The notes under the pieces are model-generated. The model made no database searches and had not been told where the DNA came from. It saw only the letters and a list, made by a program, of their open reading frames with translations. Shown here piece by piece: positions 26,730 to 36,999 of a stretch of 64,000 nucleotides of DNA. How positions within the stretch are numbered: position 1 is the stretch's first letter; each line of letters starts with the position of its first letter. Made by a program: the position numbers and the translations under genes. The stretch is taken from sequence record SRR31156797_1360. The stretch is one strand, 5' to 3'.

Positions 26730-28847
26730 TTATTCTATTAAAATACTTTGTTTTAACACAATCGGTTCCCCTTTTTCTGAAATTCCTTCTAGAACCAATT
26801 CATACTCTCCTTTCACATCACTGGATATAAATTCTAACTTAATTTCGTCGTTTTTTGTTAGAGTTAAATTTGGTTCCCAGAGTAGATCTGTTCTAAAATC
26901 AGGTTGATGTTTTTCGGGCTTTTGATAATCTGATTTTTCAATTTCAGAAATAAACAGAGGCAGATAATAGCGTTCTGTATTCTTTGGTAAACTTGACACT
27001 TCGCATGTTTTATTTCTTGAAATAACGTGAACAATACCGTAAAAATGAGAAGATTTATAAAAGTATTCGTAAGGAACTACTTCTATTCTTTCAATTTCAT
27101 TTGGGCTTTTAGCAAGTATTTCAGTAGGATTGGATATAATTAGCCCATCGTAAAGAAATAATGGTTTTTGATTCATCAATCTATGCTGATCATAGTTGTA
27201 GACATTCATTAAAGCCTGTTTTTTACGGTATTTGATTTTTACATGTGAAATTAGTTCATGAAAATACTCATCTAAAGAATCCAGACGAACGTAGTCATCA
27301 ATACTTATTTTTAATTTAGGATCATTAAAGAAATTGCTTTCGGCTCTGTATAAAATTGAATCACTTTGATTATTGAGATCTAGTTGTTTGTATATGTTGC
27401 GAATTTTATAATTTTCCCACTGATTTTTAATAAACTCTTTGTTTTTCTCAGATGAAAGGTTCAGTGCCTTCAACGGATAGAACAATCCTGTTTTATTGTA
27501 TTTCGATTTTAGATCAAATCTTATATCGATTGAATCATTATCAATAACTTGCAGTGATATATCATGCAAACCAGATTTTAAAGGAAGGTGAAAATAAAAT
27601 TTCCCATTTCCTTTGGTTAAGAAAGGTTGGATATCAGCAAATTCACCAATTTTTGATAAGAAAACTTCGGAATTTGATAGAGGAGAATTTGTATCCTTAT
27701 TTACAGCTTGTCCTTCAAGTATGTAATTATCTTTTTCAATATATCTTGAATCAGATTGCAGATATGTTGAATTTACATTTAGCCAAATTGGCAATAGTTT
27801 TTGATTTCCAAGCCATTTATTATTAGTGATTTGATCTAAATTATCATTCGTTTCGTTTGATTGGTAGTTGAAATTTTTATAAAAGTTTTGAAAGGAGATT
27901 ATATTTTTAGCAATAGGAATTGGCTCTTTTTTTATAATACTAGCAGAAACAAAGAGACTATCAGATTGATAGGAAAGATCAGATAAGTGTAAAATGATTT
28001 TATTTTTTTGTCTGCTTTTTACTTTTAATCTGGGTTTTTCAATAATATGTTTGTTCCAAATCTTATCTAAATATAGTGTGTTTTGATAGATGGAGTTTCC
28101 TTCGTGATTGGTAATATTAAGGTAATATATTGGAGATTTTAATTCAGATAGCTTTATGTTTGTGTCCCATTTACCATTCACAAATCTAAACTCTTTTTTC
28201 CATTCAATATCAGTTTGTGATGAAAGTTTAATGTGATGTAACTCGCTGGCGATTATATTGGTATCGGGATGTTCTATGTTTATGGAAAGAATTCGTTCCA
28301 GATCTATCAATTTTGCTTTAACATTCACTTTATTGTTCGAATCGTTAGTAATTGAAGAACTACTTATCCAATCATTGGTTTTTATAATATTGATTTTTGA
28401 ATTGTTGGTTAATGTTTCGAACTTCTGTCCATTAGCGTTATTATTGTAAATATAAATCGGATATACACTGATTAAGTCTTTGCCGATGTTGTTTCCCCAA
28501 TGTGTATATGCGTTTATGGAGTAATAACCACTTGGTAAAAGTTCATTTGTAATAACTCCACCATGTCCTGCTCCGTTCTCTATAATTATACTTTGCTTGG
28601 CAACAGGAAATCCATTTTTATTAACCAATTCTATGTAGGCAATATTACTTAGTTTAGAGAGTTTGTTGTTTGATAAATCAAGACAATATGCTTTAAAGTT
28701 TACATCTTCTCCTGCTATAAAAATGCTTTTTTGCAGGTGAAGATATATTTTTTCGGTAGGGTAACTCTTTTCCTTTTGAGCTACAGCGGATTTACCACTA
28801 AACAAAATGATAATCAGTACTGATATAGTAAAAAATATTTTTCTCAT
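26730..28847 (-). CDS. Secreted Bacteroidota protein with MG2-like N-terminus and plug-like/C-terminal domain (likely start MRKIFF)
   Basis: Signal peptide, EKIYLHLQK..GEDVNFKAY, PLFLYDG..IERIEV, PDFRTDLLWEP, SDVKGEY. Confidence 0.7.
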   Translation of the reverse strand: MRKIFFTISVLIIILFSGKSAVAQKEKSYPTEKIYLHLQKSIFIAGEDVNFKAYCLDLSNNKLSKLSNIAYIELVNKNGFPVAKQSIIIENGAGHGGVITNELLPSGYYSINAYTHWGNNIGKDLISVYPIYIYNNNANGQKFETLTNNSKINIIKTNDWISSSSITNDSNNKVNVKAKLIDLERILSINIEHPDTNIIASELHHIKLSSQTDIEWKKEFRFVNGKWDTNIKLSELKSPIYYLNITNHEGNSIYQNTLYLDKIWNKHIIEKPRLKVKSRQKNKIILHLSDLSYQSDSLFVSASIIKKEPIPIAKNIISFQNFYKNFNYQSNETNDNLDQITNNKWLGNQKLLPIWLNVNSTYLQSDSRYIEKDNYILEGQAVNKDTNSPLSNSEVFLSKIGEFADIQPFLTKGNGKFYFHLPLKSGLHDISLQVIDNDSIDIRFDLKSKYNKTGLFYPLKALNLSSEKNKEFIKNQWENYKIRNIYKQLDLNNQSDSILYRAESNFFNDPKLKISIDDYVRLDSLDEYFHELISHVKIKYRKKQALMNVYNYDQHRLMNQKPLFLYDGLIISNPTEILAKSPNEIERIEVVPYEYFYKSSHFYGIVHVISRNKTCEVSSLPKNTERYYLPLFISEIEKSDYQKPEKHQPDFRTDLLWEPNLTLTKNDEIKLEFISSDVKGEYELVLEGISEKGEPIVLKQSILIE

Positions 28848-28851
28848 AGCT

Positions 28852-31572
28852 CTAAAATTCAATATTATAGGTTACAGTTGGAATTGCCTGCCCGAAAATA
28901 GACAACTTATAACCCGTTACTTCGTTATGATCAGATCTAAAATAAACTGAATAGGCGTTATTTCTTCCGGTTAAATTGTATATGCCAAAGGCTAAAGAAG
29001 AGTGAAAAGCTTTCTTTTTCTTTAAATTACCTTGCATGAGAATGGAAAAGTCCATTCTAAAATAATTCGGTAAACGATAGGCATTTCTTTTCGAATAGTA
29101 TAAAACAGGAATATCTTGTACATAGTATTTTGCAACTGGGTAAGTAGAAGGACGCCCAGTGTGATAGGTAAGGTTTGTAGAGACAATAAATCTTCTAGAC
29201 AGTTTCAAACTTAAGAATGTTTTTAGGTTATGAGGTTTGTCAAATGGAGCTCGATAGAATTCACCATTGTTTACCGCGAATTCACCTGTCTTATCATCTG
29301 ATTTTAAATAGCTTCTTGAATAGGAATAACTAATTGCAGCCTTAAATCTTCCTACATTTTTTCGGTACATTAGTTCAATTCCATAATTCTTACCAGTAGC
29401 ATTTAAGACTTCTGTTTCTGCAAATTCATTTAAATACAATTCTGCCCCATCTTTGTAATCTTTTGCATTTTGTATTCTCTTGTAGTAAACTTCCATTGAA
29501 AATTCTGAAGCTGCATTGTTTATGTTTTTATATAAACCAAGCGAATACTGGTCACCAATTTGCGGTTTTATGTATTTATCGGATAATTTCCACGTATCGG
29601 TTGGTGAAATTGAGGTCGTGTTGGATAAAAGATGAATGTATTGCCTGTTTCTATTGTAACTTGCTTTTATAGATGAGGTAGCGTTTAATGTATAGCTTAA
29701 ACTTAAACGAAATTCAGGTCCATGCTCAAGATTATTGAATCCTGATTTCGTTATTGTATCTAATATGCTATAGCTTCCAGGAGTATTATTTAAATAAACC
29801 AGTTCCTCTTTAGATCCAACATTTCCATACATGGAATATCGCAAACCTGCTTCTAGAGTTAAAGATGGTAGTAAATTAAAATTTCCACCAATAAAAAGTG
29901 CCGATTCAACAGCTTCTTCTGGATCTATTTTATTGTAAGCAACCAGAGAAGAGTCGGAATTAGCTTTTAATTCTCCAGGGGTGATGTTGTAATGTTTAAC
30001 ATCCGCTCCAAATTGGTAACTGGTATTTAGATTTTTCTCGTATGTCCAAACAGATTTTCCACCAGTTTCTTTAACTTCATGTTTCAATTTAAAAGCACTA
30101 CTTGCCACCTCGCTTGTACTCATATCATACGAAAACTGAGTTCTGTATGCTGTATTAACTGTTTTTAATTTCTCAGAAAATCGATGACGCCAGTTTAGTG
30201 ATCCAATGAAATTGTTAAAATTATATAGAGTATCAGAATGCAACTGAAATTCATCATTACTTTTATAGTAGCTCAATTCAATTTGATTGTTGATATTTGG
30301 TTTAAATAAAACTTTCCCATGCAGATCATAAAAATTAGATGAGCTGTTAATTAGTTCTTTAGAATCTATTTTTTCCATGATCCAATCTGAATAGGTAAAT
30401 CGGAATGAATTAATGATAGATAACTTATTTTTTATAAGTGGTGCATCTAAATAAACCTTTGAAGATACAGGACTAACACCTAATTTTGCATGAATTTTAT
30501 CTGTTACTTTTCTGTGGGAGTGAATATCGTACGTTGATGATATTCGACCTCCAAATTGCGTAGGAATACTAGCTTTATAAAGGCTTGCTTCATTTATAAT
30601 ATCACTATTAAAAGGAGAGAAAAATCCAAAAAAGTGTGCCGGATAGTAAATTGGAGCATTATCGATTAGGATAAGGTTCTGATCAGAAGATCCACCTCTT
30701 ACATTAAATCCTATTGATCCTTCACCTGAACTTTCTACTCCAGGTAACATTGTTGTACTTTTTATGATATCAGGTTCACCTAAAGCCGTTGGCAAGCTAT
30801 GAACTTCTTCCATTTTAATATGCTCAGTACCCATCGATGTTCTCCGAACTTTATCATCTTTGGCTGTAACTCTAATTTCTTTTATCTGTCTAATTTCATT
30901 GGTCATTTGGATGTCAAGGCGACCGTCTCCTCGCAAATTAATTTTTCGGCTTGTAGGTTTAAGACCCATGAACCTATAATTCAAAGTATAGCTTCCAGGT
31001 GGAAGTTCTAACTCATAATATCCTTTAGTGTCGGACGTTACGCCTTTCGATTTATTAGGCAGAAATATTTCAACCGACTTTATTGGAGACTGACTCTCAA
31101 AATGAGAAATATATCCAAATAGTTTTACTTTACTTTTTCCAAGTGAAGATCCTATGTAATGAATGATATATTCTTGTTCCTGTAAGTTATTGTAATCTTG
31201 TTCCGATTCATTTCTAACCTGTTTGTCAATAGGAGTTTCGGGAGTTTTGTTGTTTATAGAAAATTCTGATTTAAGATCTATTCCCTTGGTTAATATGATC
31301 ACCTTATCTCTAATGATAAAGTTAATATCCGTATTATTTAAAATATCTTGAATAATATCCCCAATAGGCTGATTCGTATATTTTTTATTCAGTTTAATAT
31401 CAGAAACCCATTCGCTTTTGTAATATATGTTAACCTTGAAATCAGATTTAAGTTTTGTAGAAAATTCTTCAAATGTCATTCCGTCGTATCCAATTGAAAA
31501 ATTTTCCTGTGCCTCTGATATATTGAGAAATAGAATGCAAAAGCACAGTGTGGTTAGGATTATCTTTTTCAT
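28852..31572 (-). CDS. TonB-dependent receptor with N-terminal extension and carboxypeptidase-regulatory-like domain
   Basis: LPGV..FNVRGGSSDQNLILID plug motif, FGGRISS, YNLTGRNN, C-terminal YNIEF. Confidence 0.92.
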   Translation of the reverse strand: MKKIILTTLCFCILFLNISEAQENFSIGYDGMTFEEFSTKLKSDFKVNIYYKSEWVSDIKLNKKYTNQPIGDIIQDILNNTDINFIIRDKVIILTKGIDLKSEFSINNKTPETPIDKQVRNESEQDYNNLQEQEYIIHYIGSSLGKSKVKLFGYISHFESQSPIKSVEIFLPNKSKGVTSDTKGYYELELPPGSYTLNYRFMGLKPTSRKINLRGDGRLDIQMTNEIRQIKEIRVTAKDDKVRRTSMGTEHIKMEEVHSLPTALGEPDIIKSTTMLPGVESSGEGSIGFNVRGGSSDQNLILIDNAPIYYPAHFFGFFSPFNSDIINEASLYKASIPTQFGGRISSTYDIHSHRKVTDKIHAKLGVSPVSSKVYLDAPLIKNKLSIINSFRFTYSDWIMEKIDSKELINSSSNFYDLHGKVLFKPNINNQIELSYYKSNDEFQLHSDTLYNFNNFIGSLNWRHRFSEKLKTVNTAYRTQFSYDMSTSEVASSAFKLKHEVKETGGKSVWTYEKNLNTSYQFGADVKHYNITPGELKANSDSSLVAYNKIDPEEAVESALFIGGNFNLLPSLTLEAGLRYSMYGNVGSKEELVYLNNTPGSYSILDTITKSGFNNLEHGPEFRLSLSYTLNATSSIKASYNRNRQYIHLLSNTTSISPTDTWKLSDKYIKPQIGDQYSLGLYKNINNAASEFSMEVYYKRIQNAKDYKDGAELYLNEFAETEVLNATGKNYGIELMYRKNVGRFKAAISYSYSRSYLKSDDKTGEFAVNNGEFYRAPFDKPHNLKTFLSLKLSRRFIVSTNLTYHTGRPSTYPVAKYYVQDIPVLYYSKRNAYRLPNYFRMDFSILMQGNLKKKKAFHSSLAFGIYNLTGRNNAYSVYFRSDHNEVTGYKLSIFGQAIPTVTYNIEF

Positions 31573-31583
31573 TATATAAGGCT

Positions 31584-32267
31584 TTAAAGATCAAAATTTA
31601 AGATAACAGGTACTATATCCATCGGGTGTTTAGAATTTATTTTCAGTTTATGTAACTGAATGTATTTTTTTATTTCGGTCTTTTGGTCATATAAAAGATT
31701 TAGTAAATCTTTGCGTTTATTGATAGAGTGTATTTTGTTATCCTTAATGATTGACAACTTATTGTATTTTAAGTATTCATATTTACGAGATTTCATCTTT
31801 AATACCTTTTGTTTTTCTCGATGAATAACATAGGTTAAGTTATAAGTTGAAACAACCTGATAGAATGATTTGGGATTTAAGTCTGGGTGAATTAAATCTC
31901 CTTTTTTAAAATGAAATTCCTGACCGTTCTGAATAAATGAAAATTCCTGTAAGCGTGATTTATTAAGTGCAATAATTCGTTTTGTTTTATTAGGAGTAAT
32001 AATGGTTGCCAATACTTCATTCTGTTCTAAATCGTAACCCAAATTAATGTCATGATATAATACGGAATCAAATCGAATATAGCCTTTCATTTGAAGTTCA
32101 CCTAGGAAAAGTTGAGAACCTTCACTATTTAAAATGCTTGGTACCCAAAGCTTGCCATTAATAATATTTTCGTTGTCTTGAATTGGAATGGGTTGACACT
32201 TTGCTTGAAATTTGAGGCATGTTATCAGCAAAATACATAAGACAGAGAGATTTTTAAATGTTTTCAT
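31584..32267 (-). CDS. Hypothetical exported protein of the receptor locus
   Basis: Signal-like N-terminus; co-oriented with 10-11 nt gaps to neighbours. Confidence 0.65.
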   Translation of the reverse strand: MKTFKNLSVLCILLITCLKFQAKCQPIPIQDNENIINGKLWVPSILNSEGSQLFLGELQMKGYIRFDSVLYHDINLGYDLEQNEVLATIITPNKTKRIIALNKSRLQEFSFIQNGQEFHFKKGDLIHPDLNPKSFYQVVSTYNLTYVIHREKQKVLKMKSRKYEYLKYNKLSIIKDNKIHSINKRKDLLNLLYDQKTEIKKYIQLHKLKINSKHPMDIVPVILNFDL

Positions 32268-32277
32268 ATGGGTTCGT

Positions 32278-33396
32278 TTAGGGCCAAAAAGAAGGTTTTA
32301 TAGGAGAATATTTTAGAGAGCAATCATAGCAGAAATTACTTCGTACGATGTATTCGGTTACATGCGCTTGCGGAATTATTTGAATGATTTCATATTCATC
32401 GGGGTTATAAACAATAGTTAGAAATTCTTGACATTCCTCACCCAAAACAGGAAATTCAATATCAAACTGTTTGCTGTTAAATGAACTTCCCATAGTAGCA
32501 TATGATGAAACTTGAAAATAACCTAAAGCCATTTCTTCAGAATCACAACATTGAACATTACCGTATATGTTAGCGGGTATAATGTCAAATAAATTGCCAT
32601 TGGTTTGACTAATTTTTTTAATATTATTCCAAAAGTTATAACACCTTTGACTTACTGAGTAAGCATTAGCTTTTATGTAATATTCGTAATTTAAATTTAC
32701 TTGATCTTCTGCAATTGAAGTTAGGAGTAGTTGGTTTATTGTTTTTTCAGCTAATATTGATGCGTCGTAAAGGTTAACGCTAGAAGATTTTTCTGTGGGA
32801 TAGCAAACATATGCAGGATCTTCTGATTTTGCAATGTTTTTAAATGTTCTCCATTCCCAACTTGCTTCATAATCCCATAAATAGTAATCACTGTCATTAT
32901 TTGGGTTCTCTAAATCAAAATATAGCGAAACTACATCTATTTTTTTATCTATATCAATGGTTAAAGTTTGTTCTTCGCCATAAATTGTTTTGATATTTAT
33001 TGGAGAATTTATTTTTTCCGCAACAGATTCATAGGTCTTACCGCCTAAGGTGGTTATTTCTACCCAATAACTTTTACCAATTTCTCCTTTAAAATTTAAA
33101 TCTGATGTTTGATATGTTCCTGATCTGGATTCTATTAGAGGAATTGAATTACCATCGTCACAATGAATAATTACCGTAGCTCCGGATTCCATTATAAGAG
33201 AATCAGAAGATTCAATATCTACAGTTCGAAATAATTTGACTTCATATGGTCCAGGTTCGTTTGATATTTTACCATCAACAACAAGAATTCCAGAGTTTGA
33301 TTCTATTTCAGGAAAAAACTCTTCGGTGCATGATTGATTTATATTGAATACTATAGTCAATAGTAGAAAAAATGGGAGTTTATTTTTAAATAACAT
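32278..33396 (-). CDS. DUF4249 family lipoprotein (copy 3)
   Basis: SCTE lipobox, LVVDGKI, GNV..LGYF, CYDCSLKYSPIKPSFW. Confidence 0.85.
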   Translation of the reverse strand: MLFKNKLPFFLLLTIVFNINQSCTEEFFPEIESNSGILVVDGKISNEPGPYEVKLFRTVDIESSDSLIMESGATVIIHCDDGNSIPLIESRSGTYQTSDLNFKGEIGKSYWVEITTLGGKTYESVAEKINSPINIKTIYGEEQTLTIDIDKKIDVVSLYFDLENPNNDSDYYLWDYEASWEWRTFKNIAKSEDPAYVCYPTEKSSSVNLYDASILAEKTINQLLLTSIAEDQVNLNYEYYIKANAYSVSQRCYNFWNNIKKISQTNGNLFDIIPANIYGNVQCCDSEEMALGYFQVSSYATMGSSFNSKQFDIEFPVLGEECQEFLTIVYNPDEYEIIQIIPQAHVTEYIVRSNFCYDCSLKYSPIKPSFWP

Positions 33397-33640
33397 ATAC
33401 TATTTAAAATCTTAAATTTGCATTGTGGTGATTATAAATATAATACAAAAAATAGTACGAGTTATGATTTTTTTAGAGGATGAACTTGTTGTATACATAA
33501 TGTTAAGGTCATGTAAAAAGTAATTGTTTTACTCTATAGAGGAATGCTTTGTATTTACAGAGAACTCGAAATTACTTCATGATATCAATATAACTTATTT
33601 ATATAGTATATAAATTAATTTGATGAAATTAATTTCATGA

Positions 33641-34774
33641 TTATGGCCAAAAAGAAGGTTTAGTTGGGGAATATTTTAAGCTACAATCATAACAGAAATT
33701 GTAACGTACATTTAATATTGTTCCTCCTTCAGGTAAGTGGTTAACAGATACAATGTGATGTCTTTCAGGATTGTATGTTAGTGGGCTTATTTCGAATGTT
33801 TTACATTCTGGAGTTATACTTGCAAAATCGACATCATATGACTTTTCATTAAAAGTACCTCCTTTTTGTGCATAGGACGATACCTGAAAATATCCAAGTA
33901 CTTCATCGTCATTATTACAACATTCGATATTACCTTGCACATTGGCAGGTATAATATCGAATAAATTACCATTAGCTTCACTTACTTTTTTGATATTATC
34001 CCAGAAGACATAACACTTTTCGCTTATAGAGTATGCATTTACGGAAATATAATATTCATAAAGTAGGTTAACATGTTTTTCGGTTATTGTGGATAAAGGT
34101 AAATGCTTAATATTTTTTTTACTCAGGATTGATGCATCATATATATTTACATTGTTTGAGGATTCATACGGATAACAAATATAGGCTGGATCTTTTGATT
34201 TTGGGATTTTACTTATTGTATGCCACTCCCAACTCGCCTTGTAATTCCACAAATAGTAATTACTGTTGTTATCTTCATTAATGAGATCAAAATATAATGA
34301 AACAGCTTTTAATGTTTCATCTATGTTTATAATTACTTCATTTTGCTCCCCATATATTGTTGTAATTTCAAAAGGAGATTTGATTTCTTCAGATATAGAT
34401 TCGTAATTGTTTCCATCGCTTGTATTAATCTCAACCCAATAGCTTTTCCCTATTTGCCCTATAAAATTCTGATCAATTGTTTGATATTTTCCGGGTGCTG
34501 ATTCATATAATGGTACCGAATTACCATCATCACAATGAATAAAAACCGTTGCATTTGATTCATTTATTAGAGAATCATTTGATTCTATTTCTACCGTTCT
34601 AAATAGGTTGACTTCATATGGTCCGGGAGTGTTTGTGATTTTCCCATCTACAACTAGCATTCCGCCGGATGAGTTAATTTTTGGAAAATATTTTTCGCTA
34701 CAGGCGAAGTTCGAAATCAATGTGATAATCAATATTACAGAATACAAACTATTTCTTTTGAGCTTAGGTATCAT
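33641..34774 (-). CDS. DUF4249 family lipoprotein (copy 2)
   Basis: FACSE lipobox, LVVDGKI, GNI..LGYF, CYDCSLKYSPTKPSFW. Confidence 0.85.
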   Translation of the reverse strand: MIPKLKRNSLYSVILIITLISNFACSEKYFPKINSSGGMLVVDGKITNTPGPYEVNLFRTVEIESNDSLINESNATVFIHCDDGNSVPLYESAPGKYQTIDQNFIGQIGKSYWVEINTSDGNNYESISEEIKSPFEITTIYGEQNEVIINIDETLKAVSLYFDLINEDNNSNYYLWNYKASWEWHTISKIPKSKDPAYICYPYESSNNVNIYDASILSKKNIKHLPLSTITEKHVNLLYEYYISVNAYSISEKCYVFWDNIKKVSEANGNLFDIIPANVQGNIECCNNDDEVLGYFQVSSYAQKGGTFNEKSYDVDFASITPECKTFEISPLTYNPERHHIVSVNHLPEGGTILNVRYNFCYDCSLKYSPTKPSFWP

Positions 34775-34835
34775 CCTACTAGAATTGTTTAGAAAGGTGA
34801 GGAGTAAGTTTATTTACAAGAAACTAATTAATTTT

Positions 34836-35957
34836 TCAGTACCAAAATGAAGGTTTATTGGGCGAGTATTTTAAACTGCAATCGTAACAGAATGAGGGTC
34901 TAACAGTATAAACTACATCTCCGTTAGGAATCGTTCTCTTACTAATTATATGATGCAATATTGGATCAGGCTCCATAGTTGGAAAAGAAGTACACTCACC
35001 AGGCATATTTCCAGTTGTTAATTCGAATAACTCCGAAGAAAATGCTTTTCCGCGACTTGAATGTGAAGAAACTTGAAAATATCCAAGTACGGGAGTTTTA
35101 TCTTTGCATGATTGAATATTTCCTCTAAGGTTGGCAGGAATAGCATCAAAAAGACTACCGCTATTTTGACTGTTCTTTTTGATATTATCCCAAAATAAAA
35201 AACACTCTTCACTTATTGAATAGACATTTACCTTGAAATAATATTCATAAAATATTTTTGCTGTCCTGTCGGTTAAAGTAACAACAGGTAATTTTTCAAT
35301 GTTTTGAATATCAAATATTGAGGCGTTTATGATATTAATATTATTTGATTTTCCAGTAGGGTAACAAACATATTCAGGATTATCAGTTTTGGGAATGTTT
35401 TCAATAGTTTGAAACTCCCAACTTTCCTGGTAATCCCATATGTAGTATTTACTTTTATTTTGATGTTCTTTCAAATTGTAAAAAAAATTAACTCCATCTA
35501 TTTCATTATCGATATCAATGGTAATTTTTACTTGTTCGGCATATAATGAATCAATTTCTAATTCACCTTGAATTATCTCAGGTATTGATTCATATTTATT
35601 CTCATCAGATGTAATTATTTCCACCCAGTAGGTTTTTCCAATTTCACCTATAAAATTCTCGGTTTGAGTTTCGTATACTCCAGTTTTAATTTCATTGAGT
35701 ATTTCAATATTTCCATCATCACAATTAATAGTGACAATTGCATTTGGTTCTGCAACAATTGAATCTGTAGAATTTATTGCTACTGTTCTAAATAGTTTAA
35801 CCTGATAGGGACTGGGAGAATTTGAAATTCTACCATCTACCACTAACATTCCTTCGGATGAGTTTATTTTAGGACTGTAGATTTCTGTGCATGCAAAATT
35901 GAATTGTAATAGAATTATAGCAAGCAGGAAGAAAACAAATGATTTAATTAATGACAT
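34836..35957 (-). CDS. DUF4249 family lipoprotein (copy 1)
   Basis: FACTE lipobox, LVVDGRI, GNI..LGYF, CYDCSLKYSPNKPSFW. Confidence 0.85.
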   Translation of the reverse strand: MSLIKSFVFFLLAIILLQFNFACTEIYSPKINSSEGMLVVDGRISNSPSPYQVKLFRTVAINSTDSIVAEPNAIVTINCDDGNIEILNEIKTGVYETQTENFIGEIGKTYWVEIITSDENKYESIPEIIQGELEIDSLYAEQVKITIDIDNEIDGVNFFYNLKEHQNKSKYYIWDYQESWEFQTIENIPKTDNPEYVCYPTGKSNNINIINASIFDIQNIEKLPVVTLTDRTAKIFYEYYFKVNVYSISEECFLFWDNIKKNSQNSGSLFDAIPANLRGNIQSCKDKTPVLGYFQVSSHSSRGKAFSSELFELTTGNMPGECTSFPTMEPDPILHHIISKRTIPNGDVVYTVRPSFCYDCSLKYSPNKPSFWY

Positions 35958-36320
35958 AATTTATTTGTAATCATAGTTTTACTAATTGTTTCCTATAAAT
36001 ATAGTGTGAATAATTGAATGTAATGTATTAATAATGTAAGAAAACATATTTTTTCTCAATCTTAATAACAAGTTAATTATGAATACCCTAAATGGTTATC
36101 TGTGTAAAGGGATAATATGTATGAATAATTCAAAAAAATACTTTTGTGCTATTTTATTTTTAAGACGTGTGAAGTTTTGTAGATGTTTATTGGAAAAGAA
36201 ATTTCCTCCCCCGTCAATATTTCTTTTTTATTTAATGAACCGACATGAATAAAATAATTTAGAAACTTGATTATGGGGAGGAAAAAAAGGTTGAAGAGTA
36301 TTCAACCTAAGGATTTAGGG

Positions 36321-36773
36321 TTATACTTTTTCTACAGTTACAATATGATTTTTAGATTTGATAATTTTCACGAAAGATCCTTCGGGAACTTGCTCCCCCA
36401 ATTTGGTTTCAGCTTTCCATATCGAACCATGTATTATTATTTTTCCAAGACCCTTTTTTTGATTTATTTGTTCCATTACATAAGCTTCTCTACCAATGAT
36501 GTTTGTGGTAATGTTATTTGTGTAATTGCCTCTTTTATAAATCAGATGGTTCTTGAAAAGTGGTTTTATTACTAAAAGTATTATCGAATTTATAACGATA
36601 AAAACCAACAATTGAAGTGATAATTCAAAATCGAAGTAAGCTAATAATCCAACAACAAGAGTACTAACACCAATAAATAGTGATGTGAATGTTGAGATAA
36701 AAATTTCAAGAATAAACAATCCTAATGTTAGGCATAGCCATAAGTGCCAAACTTCCAATTCCATTATTGTCAT
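36321..36773 (-). CDS. NfeD family protein
   Basis: N-terminal TM helices then IIGREAYV...GKIIIHGSIWKA...VEKV OB-fold. Confidence 0.88.
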   Translation of the reverse strand: MTIMELEVWHLWLCLTLGLFILEIFISTFTSLFIGVSTLVVGLLAYFDFELSLQLLVFIVINSIILLVIKPLFKNHLIYKRGNYTNNITTNIIGREAYVMEQINQKKGLGKIIIHGSIWKAETKLGEQVPEGSFVKIIKSKNHIVTVEKV

Positions 36774-36945
36774 TTTAATAATATTTTAGTGAAATTATGA
36801 CAAGTATTTATTATTTCCTAGTGTCAAATGTGTCAAGTTAAATCGATTCTGCAGTGTGCCTTATTTTTGTGGAGATCTAGCTATTTCAAGATAATTCTTT
36901 ATTAAAAATGATTCTAAATAATTTCAATTAAATAATCTTTTTAAT

Positions 36946-36953
36946 TAGGTTTG
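36946..36953 (+). promoter_or_regulatory. Bacteroidota -7 box TAGGTTTG
   Basis: Matches TAnnTTTG about 47 nt upstream of the acyl-CoA dehydrogenase ATG. Confidence 0.55.
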
Positions 36954-36999
36954 CGCCTCAATTAAGACCTGAGGGTCTGAATTATTAGAAAATTAATTT

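Noticed and set aside
36267-36575. 102-aa plus-strand ORF
   Set aside because: Antisense to the well-supported nfeD gene
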